In this document: in pieces, positions 13,064-24,800 of the stretch
How the letters are laid out: each line of letters starts with the position of its first letter
Position numbering within the stretch: position 1 is the first letter of the stretch
Origin: Azolla caroliniana
Taxonomy: Eukaryota > Plantae > Polypodiophyta
Length of the DNA: 64,000 nucleotides
Assembly: GCA_043228905.1 (NCBI GenBank)
Contig: JBHGNT010000012.1
Span: 20,398,001 to 20,462,000, forward strand
Direction: 5' to 3'
Notes under the pieces: model-generated
Seen by the model: only the letters and a program-made list of their open reading frames with translations
Told to the model about the DNA's origin: nothing
Database searches by the model: none
Made by a program: the position numbers and the translations under genes

Positions 13064-15290
13064 TGTAACATCCAGTTATGCGATCTTAGACCGCAGACTA
13101 CTAGAAAAACTAAAAATCGAGGATTCTTTATAATGAAGTGTACTCATTTATACTCTGCCACAAAATATATGTGGTTGTGTTCTTACAAATGCTTCCTACC
13201 CTCATTACCCAAATAATTGAGTCACAACCTTTTTGCCCCTATCCTCCTATTTTAGATATGAGAAAAGTGCCCCTAAACAAACCCCTCTTCTTATTGATAC
13301 ATAGGTATTTTAGAGATACATAGGTGACTCCCAATGATGAAGGGGCCATTTCCCATTGCTAGTCATCTTTACAATATGACATCCATCATGCTATATATGC
13401 ATATATAAATACTTCATACATTGATATGTAATCAACATTAGTGGTTTTGTATGGTATGAATTATTCAACTTGAGGGTTTGGTGGAAGTAAGGAAAAAGGT
13501 AACTGTCAAACACATCTAGTTGCTTAGTTATTGTCAATGTGGCTCAAACATCACTCCATTTATAGGATTATAAATTTGAATTCGTTGGCAACCACACAAG
13601 CATATAGTATTATGCTGGAATTTTGTAATTCTTAGAGCTCGCGATCTCTATAACACCAAAGGCCCTTTTTGCACATGCACGCATGCACCCGCACACACAC
13701 ACACAATCACAATCACAATCATTGACATTATAATTATTTTTAGTAAGACTAATGTTATATTTCATGTATATTTTGTTTGCAATGGCGCTCTATTCCAAAT
13801 TCTCTTTATAAAGCCTATGAAAGGAAGAACATTATTGAGGGTGATTTATGTAATGACATACCAAAAGGTACTTCGCGAGAGAGCATAGTTAGTGCTCACA
13901 ACTTTCTAAGTCATGTGTTTTCCACTACTTTTTCAAACATTGTCCAATGCAATCAAATCATTCGTGGGGAGAAGCTCACATGTTCACATTAATGAAGGGA
14001 TTTCAATAGATTATTCAATGAAGGATCAATCATGTTTATATAGGGAACTTTAAGTTGCGTGGCTTTTATGATTATCAAAGGTTTATCAGAGGTGTATCAA
14101 ATCTTTATCAAAGTTGTTAACATGCCCATTGACCTACCATAACCATGATGAATGACAACTAATCTCTCTTAAATACAAACACATAAAATACATGCATGCT
14201 ATTAACATAAAATCAATAAACTCAAATGCCATCTTGTAATGCCTCTATATCAAAGATAACTAAACAAAGGCAAAACTTCGAATCCATAAAGAAAAAAAAA
14301 CAAAAAACAAAAAGCAAAAAGCATAAAGCAAAAAACAAAAAACAAAGGCATACCAATGATAACCTCCTATTGTGACTATTCTCAAAATCAAGAGATGTTT
14401 CAACTTTATGTCAAAGCTAACTAAAAAAACAAGCTAAAGGTTAAAATGACCATGATGGTAATGTACATGTAGTCACTATGTGGGCATCACATTAATCTAC
14501 AAATAAAATAGAAGAAATTGAGATGGATCATGGAAATAAGCAAATGCACTTCTTTTTTAAATATATATGACGCTGCTTTTAAGGGCGCCACAAACAATAC
14601 TATCTCCGAGACCACCAAATTAACTTGCTATATCTCATTACAAAGCTCTAACCGAGGGCTTTCCAATGCTTGTCTTTGTGCCAAATTCCGTTACCGATCG
14701 AGAGTGCAACAATAGAAACAAATTCACTTCTTCTTCTTCTTCCCCTCTCCATTCTTGCTTTTTTCTTCCCCCCCCTCTCTCTCTAAAAGAAATACTTCAT
14801 CAAAGAAGAATAGAACCTCATCCAATCACACAACTTAAAAATTCCCATTTGATTCCACCATAAGCGGTTATTGACCACTTTGTACATGATCAATTCACTC
14901 TCTTGAGGCCCCTTGGGGCTGCTTTTGCATCTTACAGATTTGTATGGATGTCATTTTACTATCTAAATGACTTGGAGTTTAGTAATTCTTTTCATGTCAT
15001 GGTAATAACGTCACCATAGGGTATAGATCTCGTTCATGGCATAATTCATTGCCTTGTCTAACCTTCAAGAAATACTCTTGAAAGTTGAGAGTTGGGGGAT
15101 TCAACGATTTTTATGAGTGCTATGCCAAATTGTTTGAGTGCAAGGTCGAAATCAACATCAACAAAAAGCAAACTAGAACTACTAAAATCTAAAGACACCA
15201 AACTATATTTAAACATATGGTATGCCAACCCTCCCCTTGGAGCCCAAAGGATAAAAGGAACACACATCATCATTTGATTTGTTGTCATTT
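13064..15290. mobile_element. Old non-coding repeat, possibly a Gypsy-type LTR remnant
   Basis: Starts tgtaacatcc; contains a gagggctttccaa motif and A-rich caaaaa runs seen in plant Gypsy LTRs. No second LTR or TSD found. Confidence 0.25.
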
Positions 15291-15299
15291 CCCCTTAGG

Positions 15300-17089
15300 A
15301 AACACTAGACTAATGGGCATGGCTTTACAACCAATTGCCCCCTTTACAACTAATCACCACAAGAATCAACATACATCTACTTAAAACCATTCTTATGCTC
15401 TATATAATTAGTTGGGGTGAGATTTGGTGATGAGTACATTAAATATTCTCATTCCAAAATCAACCATTGATGAGGTTATCGTATTGTACTCTATGCACAT
15501 GGTTTATTTATGAAGCAAAATTCCTTGTTTGAAAAGTAGTCCAACATCATAGTTGCATGTTTAAATTGAGGCAACTTAGTATAAACTTTTGCTTAAAAAA
15601 ACTTGAATGGGAAGGCACATGCATCTACATAGTTTGATGTGTTGTGTGAGAGAGTTATTCTCCTTTCTAGTATCAAAATCTCAACTTCTACCCTTGCATA
15701 ATGTACTTGAAATAACAATTGTGGCATTCATGCACAATTTTTCTCAACACGTTTTGAAGATACGCCAGGTTGGTTATGGTTGAAGTTACCAAATGTTCAT
15801 GTTTATCCTTTCTCTTGAACAAGTAAATTAACATTGTATAATTGATTCTATTTGATTATTTAACAACATTAGGCTTGCCAATGTTTTCTAATATAATGAA
15901 AAAAATCTTATGTGAAAGAAAATATACTTTTTGATAGACATCGACTTTGGTTGCTCATTTATATAATGGGTATAAACATTCAATTTCTTGACTCCTATAA
16001 TTTCCTCGTTTAAAGAACACCCTCAAGGTCTTTAAGTACCAAGTCCTAACATAGAATTGATGGGTTGACATTTTCAAAAGTGTCTCTCCATGTTCACTTT
16101 CTAATTATGCATGTAATTTGATTATGGACTTGTCATAGTTCAAAAGATTGGTTACTTCGGCTATTCGAATATAAGAGCCTCAATTTGAACCAAGAAAGCA
16201 CAATAGGTGATTTTGAAAACAAGCAAGTGGGCCCTTTTTTAAGAAAAAAAAAGAATTCAATGAGCCGTATTGACAAGTTGACTTGCTTTATTCTTTAAAT
16301 TCCAATACGCATATGCTTATTAAGGTAGATTTTCTGAAGTACTTTACATCACATTCAATTTGCCAAGTTGAATCGTTTTGTTTTCTTTTATTTATATGTT
16401 CTATCATGTAATGAATTTAGATAAATAAATTGATTACAAACACAATGATTAAAATAGCCAAAATAAGGATTTGGCCAAGTCAATAAATCAAAATCAATAT
16501 GCTAAAGTCAACGTAAGTGTTGCCTTCTTATATCATTGAAAGGTTCATTTTGAAAAAATATTAACAAGGATGCATTAGACAATATGTCCAATCGAAGCAG
16601 TAATATTGTAAGAAACAAGGTCAATGCTTATAGTGTGAGTTGTAGGCTTGCTGATTGTCGTGTTCAAGTTTGGGTGAAGCAACATCCTCTTGCTGGCAAG
16701 TTGAGAGAGAGAGAGAGAGAGAGATCTAAAACCTTTCACATTTTGATGTGTGCATTCCAAAACAACTACAAAATGATCTGATGATCCAATCTACTCCAAG
16801 TTTATCTATAATGCGCAGATTGTAATGTATAACTAGCATTATTTCCATTGATCCAAGACCATGCACCATACCTTAAGAACTCCATCATAAACAAATCCCA
16901 AACCACTCTTTCAGGGGCATCAATTGGGCTATGCATCGAAGTAGATTGAGCCACTTTAGAACACATATTACAGTCACCTAACAAAAACCCTCGTCTTCCA
17001 TGCCGTAAAACTTGATTAAAACATCTTCAAAGATCCATACGTTTCCTTGCAACATTTGATGCATAAATACCAACCACCCAAACATCTCC
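15300..17089 (-). pseudogene. Decayed L1-type LINE ORF2 (APE endonuclease, running toward RT)
   Basis: Minus-strand translation gives GIYASNVAR.RMDLxR, LLGDCNM (GDFN motif), YTLQS and WSRLD in APE order. The left boundary is uncertain. Confidence 0.65.
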
Positions 17090-17347
17090 AAATATCCATA
17101 TGTTGCCTTGTGAGGTTAATTATGAAGGGGAAATGTTTGGGTGGTTGGTATTTATGCATCAAATGTTGCAAGGCAACGTATGGATCTTTGGAGATGTTTT
17201 AATCAAGTTTTACGGCATGGAAGATGAGGGTTTTTGTTAGGTGATTGTAATATGTGTTCTAAAGTGGGTCAATCTACTTCGATGCATACCCTAACTAATG
17301 CCCCCGAACGAGTGGTTTGGGATTTGTTTATGATGGACATGTTAAGG
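16871..17347. repeat. Long inverted repeat: 219-bp arms (16871-17089 / 17129-17347), 39-bp spacer
   Basis: Arms are reverse complements; near-identical peptides (MLGDCNMCSKV...APERVVWDLFMM) appear on both strands in the ORF track. Confidence 0.93.
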
Positions 17348-18952
17348 CTTGGAGTGAACACTATGTGCACTAATTCTAAGGGTATACACAGGGATGGGTG
17401 TGTTTGCACTTCTGAGGTATGTAGACCAAATGGGAAGGCTAATAGATGTAATGCGCGAAATATGACTTATGCATCAATTTCTAAGTTATGGAGGTCTTTT
17501 GTTTATGAAAAACAACCATCATCTGAGTGGCATAATCGTACTTGTCTTCTATGAACATGTAAGGTTTGCACACAACCGTTATTTTGTAGACATGAGCTTG
17601 ATGTGGAAAACGATCATATTGTGAAATGGAAATATTTAGAGTATGTGATAGAAAATATTGGGAAGGGACTCATAAGCGTATCAAGGAAGTATTTAAGGAG
17701 ACATGTGCTACTACCCTTGTCTCAGAGTTTAATAAGCAACTCAGGGAGTTCATTCCACATCACTTTAGGAGTTATTGGCAAAATTAACAATTCATATCGA
17801 AAAGGAGAGCGCAGGCGCATGCGAAGCTTGCCAATTCGGCAAATAGCATCATCAACAGTTCCCGAAAGAGAGGAACGTGAGCAAAGGGATCCTGGATGTA
17901 ATACATTCAGATGTATGGGGACCATCCCAAACGACAACATTCGGTGGTTGCCGATACTATGTGACGTTCATCGATGACTTCTCGAGGCATACCAAACACT
18001 TCCAAAAATTCAAAAACGAAGTCGAAAAGGCAATCAGATGGCGACAAGGAGTATTTCTCCGATGCCTTCACAACATACCTTTGACAAGAAGAAATTCGGT
18101 GAGAGTTTACCTGCTGACACACATCTCAACAAAATGGAGCAGTCGAATGAAAGAATTAGTGCCATATACTTGAAGTGGCAAGGGCAATGATGAACGAGAA
18201 ACATTTGCCGAAATCATATTGGGCTGATGTGGTGAACACGACCGTATATCTAATGAATCACTAGACAACATCCGACGTGCACAATATTATCCCCAACAAG
18301 AAATTCTATGGGCAAAAGTCGGATCTATCCCATGTACGGATATTTAGATCTATCGCATTTGTACACATTCCCAATTAAAAGCGACAAAATCTCAATCCGA
18401 AATCGGAGAAGTGTATCCTTGTGGGGTATTCGCTCGAACAAAATGGGTATAAGTGCTTCAACCCCTCTACCAAAAAGGTACGAGTGGGTAGCGATGTCGT
18501 ATTCGACGAATCAACATCTTGGTACATGGTCGACTCGGCTCCATCCGACCTAATCGAAACCGATTTTGATATAATCGACTCAGAGGAGGATGATTGCCTA
18601 AAGCTCACAATAGAGGAAAGTCCAATCTCAATCAGATTGAGTGGACCACAAGAGCCACCGAGCGACCAAAGCACGTCATGACCGAGTCCGAAACAAGACA
18701 AAGGAAACGCCAAAATGCCTGAGTACAAAGACTCAGATAGAAATGAATCGGACCACTCACCCGACAATGAGTATGGTGGATTGAATGTTCCTTGCATGGG
18801 GACACTAGGGGCACCTCGTCGTTGTACCCGAGAAAAGAACGTAGTTAGCTGATTCGGCTACAATGACTACATGGCATATCATTATGCATTCATGATGAAG
18901 GTGGAGACAACTCAAGAGCCGGAAACTTTTTCCGAAGCCGCGAAGGACCCGC

Positions 18953-19646
18953 TGTCGTGAAGAAAACCGCCCACAAGAGGAATCGGAGGAACAAGGCATA
19001 GGGAACGGCTCTACACACACACGCGCGCCAAGAAGTACCTAAGGGCGAAGTAGGTACATGCGAGGATCCTAGGTGGGTAGATTCGGTTGGTATGCAGTTA
19101 ATGCCAAACGGCCTCTTGACGGGCTATAAAAGGAAGAGGAAGAATAGAAGTAGGGATCTCGCGCGGAGAGGACGAAGTGCTGCCGAACCGATTTCGGAGC
19201 TGCTCTCTCACTCCTGCTTTCTCTGTCTTCTGCTCCATCGCGTACCTGTGCAGGCTTCGAGGAGGCTTGCGCTGTTCCGTGGAACGCCCCGAGTGCGTCC
19301 TGCAGCACCTCCGACCTGTTTTCCCTTTCTGTGCGTCGCGACATACAGGGGTCGGCATCTGTTCGCCGCCCTGTTCGTTTTCGTTAGTATCTATTTCGTG
19401 CCCCCCACCGTGGGTTGTAATACTTTAGTCTGTTATTTTTGTGCATTCATAAGTACATATCTTTCGTTGTTGCGTCCATCTGCGTCGGCGTTTATTTGTG
19501 ATCTCTGTTTGTTGGGCCGTGTCCCTGTGCAATCTTCGGTTCTGTGAAATCGGGTCTCTCTCTCTTATCTCTCTCTCTTGCTCTTCGGTCCAAGACCCCC
19601 GTGGTCCCTCCTCCTTTCTGCACGCAAGGGCGTAGTAACCCCGACA
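18953..19646 (+). repeat. Gypsy 5' LTR
   Basis: tgtcgtgaag...accccgaca; TATA-like ctataaaagg near 19124. Confidence 0.96.
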
Positions 19647-19650
19647 TCTT

Positions 19651-19668
19651 TGGTGAACCCGACGTGAA
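19651..19668 (+). promoter_or_regulatory. Primer-binding site complementary to the tRNA-Trp 3' end
   Basis: tggtgaacccgacgtgaa is the reverse complement of ttcacgtcgggttcacca, the 3' end of plant cytosolic tRNA-Trp(CCA) as recalled. Confidence 0.85.
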
Positions 19669-19690
19669 AGAGGCGGCAGAAGAGTAGGAA

Positions 19691-21817
19691 ATGAAGGGGG
19701 CGGATCTTGCAGAGGCCATGGCTTCGGCCGTGGATCGGATAGTAAGCGCGCGCGAGGGCACCGGCGCCCTCGATAGAGCTATTGAGGCGGTCGTCGGAAC
19801 GATCGGTCGATTCACCGGAAAAGATGCCACGAAGTACCTGGCGTCCTACGGTGCGGAAATGTTAATGCGGGACATTCCGGAAGACAGGCGTCTTGCCGGT
19901 TTTCCCCGAGTGGCGATGCCGAGCATCCACGCGGAGGTGCTCGAGGTGCGGGCGGAGAGCCGTACCTGGGAGGAGTTCGAAGGTCGGCTCCTGGAAAAAT
20001 ACGGACTGGACGACGCGCTCCGGCTTTCGAAGCGAAGCTTCATGGAGTGGGTGGAGTCTCCCGGGAAAGGAAGGAATGCGTCGGCACTCCTCCGGGAGTT
20101 CGAGGAGAACTTCGCGCGCCTTTCGGCGCTTGACAGGATGGTCCTGGATACAAGCCGGGTCCTGCTGTTCGTCAAATCGGTTGACGAGAGGGATCGGAGT
20201 CACGTAGGCGCCCTGCTAGAAACCGAAGACGGGCTGACAGCCGACTGGGCGGCGGTCAAGAGAGCCTGCGGCCGTTTCGACAAACGGCGAGAATGGGAGG
20301 ATGACAGAGCAACCGGGTCGGGCTCAGTCGCGGCGAGGAAACTCGAGCCGGCGCAGCCGGTGCGAAGGGAAGAGACTCGGGAGTGGCTGGAATCCGGTTC
20401 AGCTCCGACCGGCGTGATCAGAGGCACGACTGGAGGAGCTGCGTTGGAGGAACTGACGAGGGCGATAAAAGACCTCCAAATCGCACAAGCCCGCAGAGAA
20501 GGCGGAGGACCTGCCCGTGACCGACGGCCGGCGGCAGGGAACAGGTGCATGTGGTGCGACGGGGTCGGCCACATCCGAAAAGACTGCGGCGATTTCGCAG
20601 AGGCGCTGAGGGACAGGGTGGTGTACCTGTGGGAAGGACGGGTGCATGCCAGCGACACCCGAAGGGCCCTGAGCCGAAACGACGGAAAAGGTGGTATGAA
20701 AAGGTTGATGGAAGAGGCGGCGGCCCGACACGCAGAAACCGTCCACTACTCGGCGTCGGCCGGCATTCGAGTCGGGGGCGGCGAGGCCCGAAGGGAAAGC
20801 AAAGCCGGATTCTGGCCGACGATGCTGGAAGGCCTTGCCGGTGCAAGGCTTAAAGGGGAGGAATCGGACCGTGCGGAGAAACGGGTACGGGAGATGACCG
20901 GGTGGAGCGACCCGGTCGAGGAACGGACGGGCTTCGTGGAAGCCGCTTGCCAGAACTACGAGGCTCTGGTAGAAGATAAGCGGGTGGGGAAACCCGGGAC
21001 GACCGGGCCCTCACAACGATACGAGACCCGGTCCGGGCCACGACGGGACGAAGCCGGCGGGGCCGGCACGCAAGATAAACCCCAGAAGGGCGGGTACCGT
21101 CTGGGGACGGAGATAGAAAGGACCACGGACTTACGGAAGGTCCTGGAGGAACGGATCCTCGACAGCAAGGTGGAGCTGTCGTTACGAGAGGTGCTGGGAA
21201 TCGCCAAGAAGGAGTTCCACGACTCCATCGTGGACTTGGTGAAACGGAAGAGGCTGTCGACGGAGACAGAACCGGAAAGACCGGTGGAAGTGCGGACGAC
21301 ACACCTAGACGATATGGCGCTGGGAGACGAGTGGGCGGAAAGCCACTATTCGAGGCCACACTGGGCCCGAGCGACCACGGAAACCCCGGTGAAGATCGGC
21401 GATGTCCAGGAACCGGTGACAGCTTTGGTGGACCACGGATCGGAGATCAATTTGATGTCCATGGACTTCTATAAGAAGGGCAAATGGCCGATCAACACCA
21501 AGCACGGGTGGAAAATAAGGGCAGCAACGCGCGCCATCGAGGAACTGCACGGGGCCTGTCCGAATGTGCGAGTCAAGATCGGCGACGTCGAGATTGACCA
21601 GCACTTCATCGTGCAGGAGACGTCTTCGCATCCGGTCATTCTGGGAGAGCCGTACATCACGGCGGCGAGAATGGAGACCAAAGTGCTGGACAATGGTTCG
21701 GCCTACGCGAGGGTCAAAAGCCAAGACGGGCGCCATTCGGTCCAGTTTCTGACGGTAAGGCCGAACCACGAACGTAACCGCGATTCCCTCGGTTCCGAAA
21801 ACCGAGAGGATTTTTAG
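19691..21817 (+). CDS. gag: Gypsy ORF1: Gag with CCHC zinc knuckle plus aspartic protease (708 aa)
   Basis: CMWCDGVGHIRKDC knuckle; protease ALVDHGSEINLM...VILGEPY. Confidence 0.93.
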   Translation: MKGADLAEAMASAVDRIVSAREGTGALDRAIEAVVGTIGRFTGKDATKYLASYGAEMLMRDIPEDRRLAGFPRVAMPSIHAEVLEVRAESRTWEEFEGRLLEKYGLDDALRLSKRSFMEWVESPGKGRNASALLREFEENFARLSALDRMVLDTSRVLLFVKSVDERDRSHVGALLETEDGLTADWAAVKRACGRFDKRREWEDDRATGSGSVAARKLEPAQPVRREETREWLESGSAPTGVIRGTTGGAALEELTRAIKDLQIAQARREGGGPARDRRPAAGNRCMWCDGVGHIRKDCGDFAEALRDRVVYLWEGRVHASDTRRALSRNDGKGGMKRLMEEAAARHAETVHYSASAGIRVGGGEARRESKAGFWPTMLEGLAGARLKGEESDRAEKRVREMTGWSDPVEERTGFVEAACQNYEALVEDKRVGKPGTTGPSQRYETRSGPRRDEAGGAGTQDKPQKGGYRLGTEIERTTDLRKVLEERILDSKVELSLREVLGIAKKEFHDSIVDLVKRKRLSTETEPERPVEVRTTHLDDMALGDEWAESHYSRPHWARATTETPVKIGDVQEPVTALVDHGSEINLMSMDFYKKGKWPINTKHGWKIRAATRAIEELHGACPNVRVKIGDVEIDQHFIVQETSSHPVILGEPYITAARMETKVLDNGSAYARVKSQDGRHSVQFLTVRPNHERNRDSLGSENREDF

Positions 21818-21873
21818 AGAGGACTGCCAAGGCGTGGGGCCGCGACAGTCCGGATGCTCCGGGAAACCCCCAC
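21808..21873 (+). promoter_or_regulatory. Predicted -1 ribosomal frameshift signal (slippery G GAT TTT plus pseudoknot)
   Basis: Heptamer at 21808-21814 directly before the ORF1 TAG. Stem ggactg/cagtcc (21821-26 / 21846-51) and stem gtgggg/ccccac (21834-39 / 21868-73). The -1 frame is open from 21778 into pol. Confidence 0.75.
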
Positions 21874-24800
21874 ATCTGTACGATAAAACCGTGTACAATA
21901 GGTAGGAAATTTTGCTTCTCCGACAGCGGAGCATGTACGGTGGTCGGCATCACCGGCCGAGAGAAAACAAAGGCGGAGGGGAGACTTCGGGCGTGCGGAG
22001 TTCTCGGCCCTGACGAAGGAATCAACGGAGCCGTGGAGGCAGTCTCCTTCGACGACACCTTGGGAATGCTGGGGGAGGTAGTCGAAGAAGACTTTAACGA
22101 AGACCGGACGATACCGGTATGTTCCGAAGAAATGTACGAAGTCATCGCGGACTTCGGTCGAGGGCTCGAGTCGGAACGGACGGCCCGAGTGAGCACCAAG
22201 TACAAGACCGTGGACCGGAAGGTGAGGCCAGTTGCGGCACCCTTACCGGAGGGCAGCGAGTCCCGAATCAAAGGGGTTGCATCGGACCCCAGCTTACGAG
22301 ATCCGGCCTGCATAGGACACACCTTCACCAACGAGACGCTCCGCGAGCTGAAGATCGGTGGGGGCGGGTTCCTACTGCCGGTGGAGGAAGACCGGTTTCG
22401 GAGAATGCTCGGAAGGCACGGGAAAGCCTTCGCATTCTCACCGGAGGAAATCGGGTGCGTGGACCCGACGATCGTAGAACCAATGGTGATATTCACGGTA
22501 CCGCATGTACCGTGGAATCTCAAGCCAATTTCGGTTCCGAGAGCTCACATCCCGAAGTTGATGGAGCTGCTGAGGCAGAAAGTTGATATGGGAATTCTCG
22601 AGCCGTCGAGCGCCCCATATTCGAATCGATGGTTTACCGTACCGAAGAAAAACGGTTCGTTGCGCTTCATCCAGGACCTGCAGCCGGTCAATCGAGTGAC
22701 CATTCGGAACGCAGGGATCGGACCGACCATAGACGAGTTCGCGGAGGCCTTCGCCGGAAGGTCGATTTACTCGGTCGGGGATCTATACTCAGGGTACGAC
22801 CAGTTCCAGCTAGCCGTGGAGAGCAGAGACATTACGACGATGCGAACTCCCCTCGGCCTAGTTCGGATGTGTACACTGCCGCAAGGGGGGACCAACTCGG
22901 TGGCCCACATGGTGAATGCGATGAACAAGGTTCTGAGGGACTGTATCCCGGACATCACCATGCCGTTTCTGGACGACATCCCGATCAAGGGATGCCCGGT
23001 GGAAGAAAAGGACGAGACGATCGGGCCGGACGGATGCCGGCGATTCGTGGCGACGCACATCGACGACTGCGAGAAGGTGCTGCAAAGGCTAGAGGATGCG
23101 AGACTCACCTTCTCCGGGGAGAAGTCGGCCTTCGGGCAGTCCGAAATCATGGTGGTCGGACACCTGTGCGGACCATATGGCCGGAAACCGTCTCCGGCAA
23201 AGGTAGAAGCCATCTCCGCGATGAAGCCCGACTGCAGCTCGGTCACGGAAATACGGAGATTCCTGGGGGCATGCGCGTTCTACCACATATGGATCCCGCA
23301 TTACGCACACGTCGCGGAGCCACTGTACGGGTTGCTGAAAAAGGGGCGAAGGTTCGAATGGCTAGACGAGCACGCGGAATCGGTCCGGAAGCTGAAAGAG
23401 GCCCTTGCGGCGGCACCGGCACTCCGGAAGGCGGTATACGGGAAGGGTACCCCGGTATTCATAACGGTGGATACCAGTCCGACCGGGATCGGATGGGTCG
23501 TGAACCAGGAAGACGAGGACGGCAATCGGTTTCCGATCCGATTCGGCGCGAAAGTCCTCAGTGAACGGCAGCGAGGATACGCCCAGGTTAAACGCGAACT
23601 CTGGGGTATTGTTTCGGCGGTTAAGGCCGACAAAGACTACCTGATAGGGGCAGAAGTGATCATCGAGACGGATTGCCTGCCGATTCTCGGTATGGTTTCC
23701 GGATGCGCGACTCCGGACCTGGCGATGCTCAGGTGGATAGCGTACATCAAGTCCCTGGACCCGGAAATACGACACATTTCCGGGAAAGACAACGCCATGG
23801 CCGACATGCTTTCGAGGGCGAGGTTCGACGACGAGGGCGGCATGGTTTCGGAAGACGAAGAAGTCGGCGTGGATTTCTTCGAGGCGGCATACATAACGAC
23901 CGACGGGATGAGCACTCCGGCGCTTAACGAGTTCGACGCGAGCAAGTACGACGGGGAGTGGCTGCAGATCGGCGGGTTTTTGAAGACAAGGACGCCCGAT
24001 GCGTCATGGACGAAGGACGAGGCCAACCGGATCCGGAAGAAAGCATATCGATTCTTTCTCCGAGATGGGCATTTGTGGAAGCACCCGAAGAAGAGGAACG
24101 GCGTCCCGCTCCGGGTGGTGGCGATGAAGGAAGAACAGGAGGAGCTACTGGCGGCCTACCACGACAGCCCTTGGGCTGGACACCGTGGAACGTGGGCGAC
24201 ATTTGAGAAGCTGAAGGGGAAGTACTGGTGGCCGGGATTGTACCGGGACGTGCATCGGTTCGTGTCAACTTGCGAGAGTTGTCAGATGCACTCGATAGTC
24301 CGACACCGGGACGGGCTTCGCCCTACGTACCCTCCGACTATCCACTTCAAATGGATGGTAGATCTGGTGACGATGCCGATGGGGGTAGGACAGATGCGGT
24401 ATCTGGTCCTAGCGCGGGAAGACCTGACGAACCAGGTGGAAGGCCGAGCCCTTCAGAACAAGACGACCGCGGCCGTGTGTCGGTTCCTGATCGAGGACGT
24501 GATATGCCGGTACGGGTGCGTCGGGAAGATCGTGGCTGACCGAGGGGAGTTGGACGCCGAGGAAGCCGCGGAGCTGTTCGATCGGCTGGGGGTCAAACTC
24601 TCGCTCACCACTGCGTACAACCCGGAGGCGAATGGGAAGGTGGAGCGCGGACACGGGCCGATCGTTAAAGCGCTGGTTCGGGCATGCGGAGGCCAAGTCG
24701 GTAACTGGCCGCGACTTCTACCTTATGCTTTGTGGGCCGACCGGACTACGCACAGTTCGGTAACCGGGTACATGCCGACAGAGCTCATGTTCGGCCAGAA

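Noticed and set aside
11650-16800. Host protein-coding gene in the AT-rich interval
   Set aside because: Only short ORFs with no recognisable product or coherent exon structure.
19069-19547. ORFs in the Gypsy LTR, duplicated at 25485-25963
   Set aside because: They are duplicated only because the LTRs are; low-complexity peptides with no domain.
21425-21450. Dead protease (DHG instead of DSG/DTG)
   Set aside because: The catalytic Asp and ILG motif are retained in an otherwise intact young element; more likely a clade variant.
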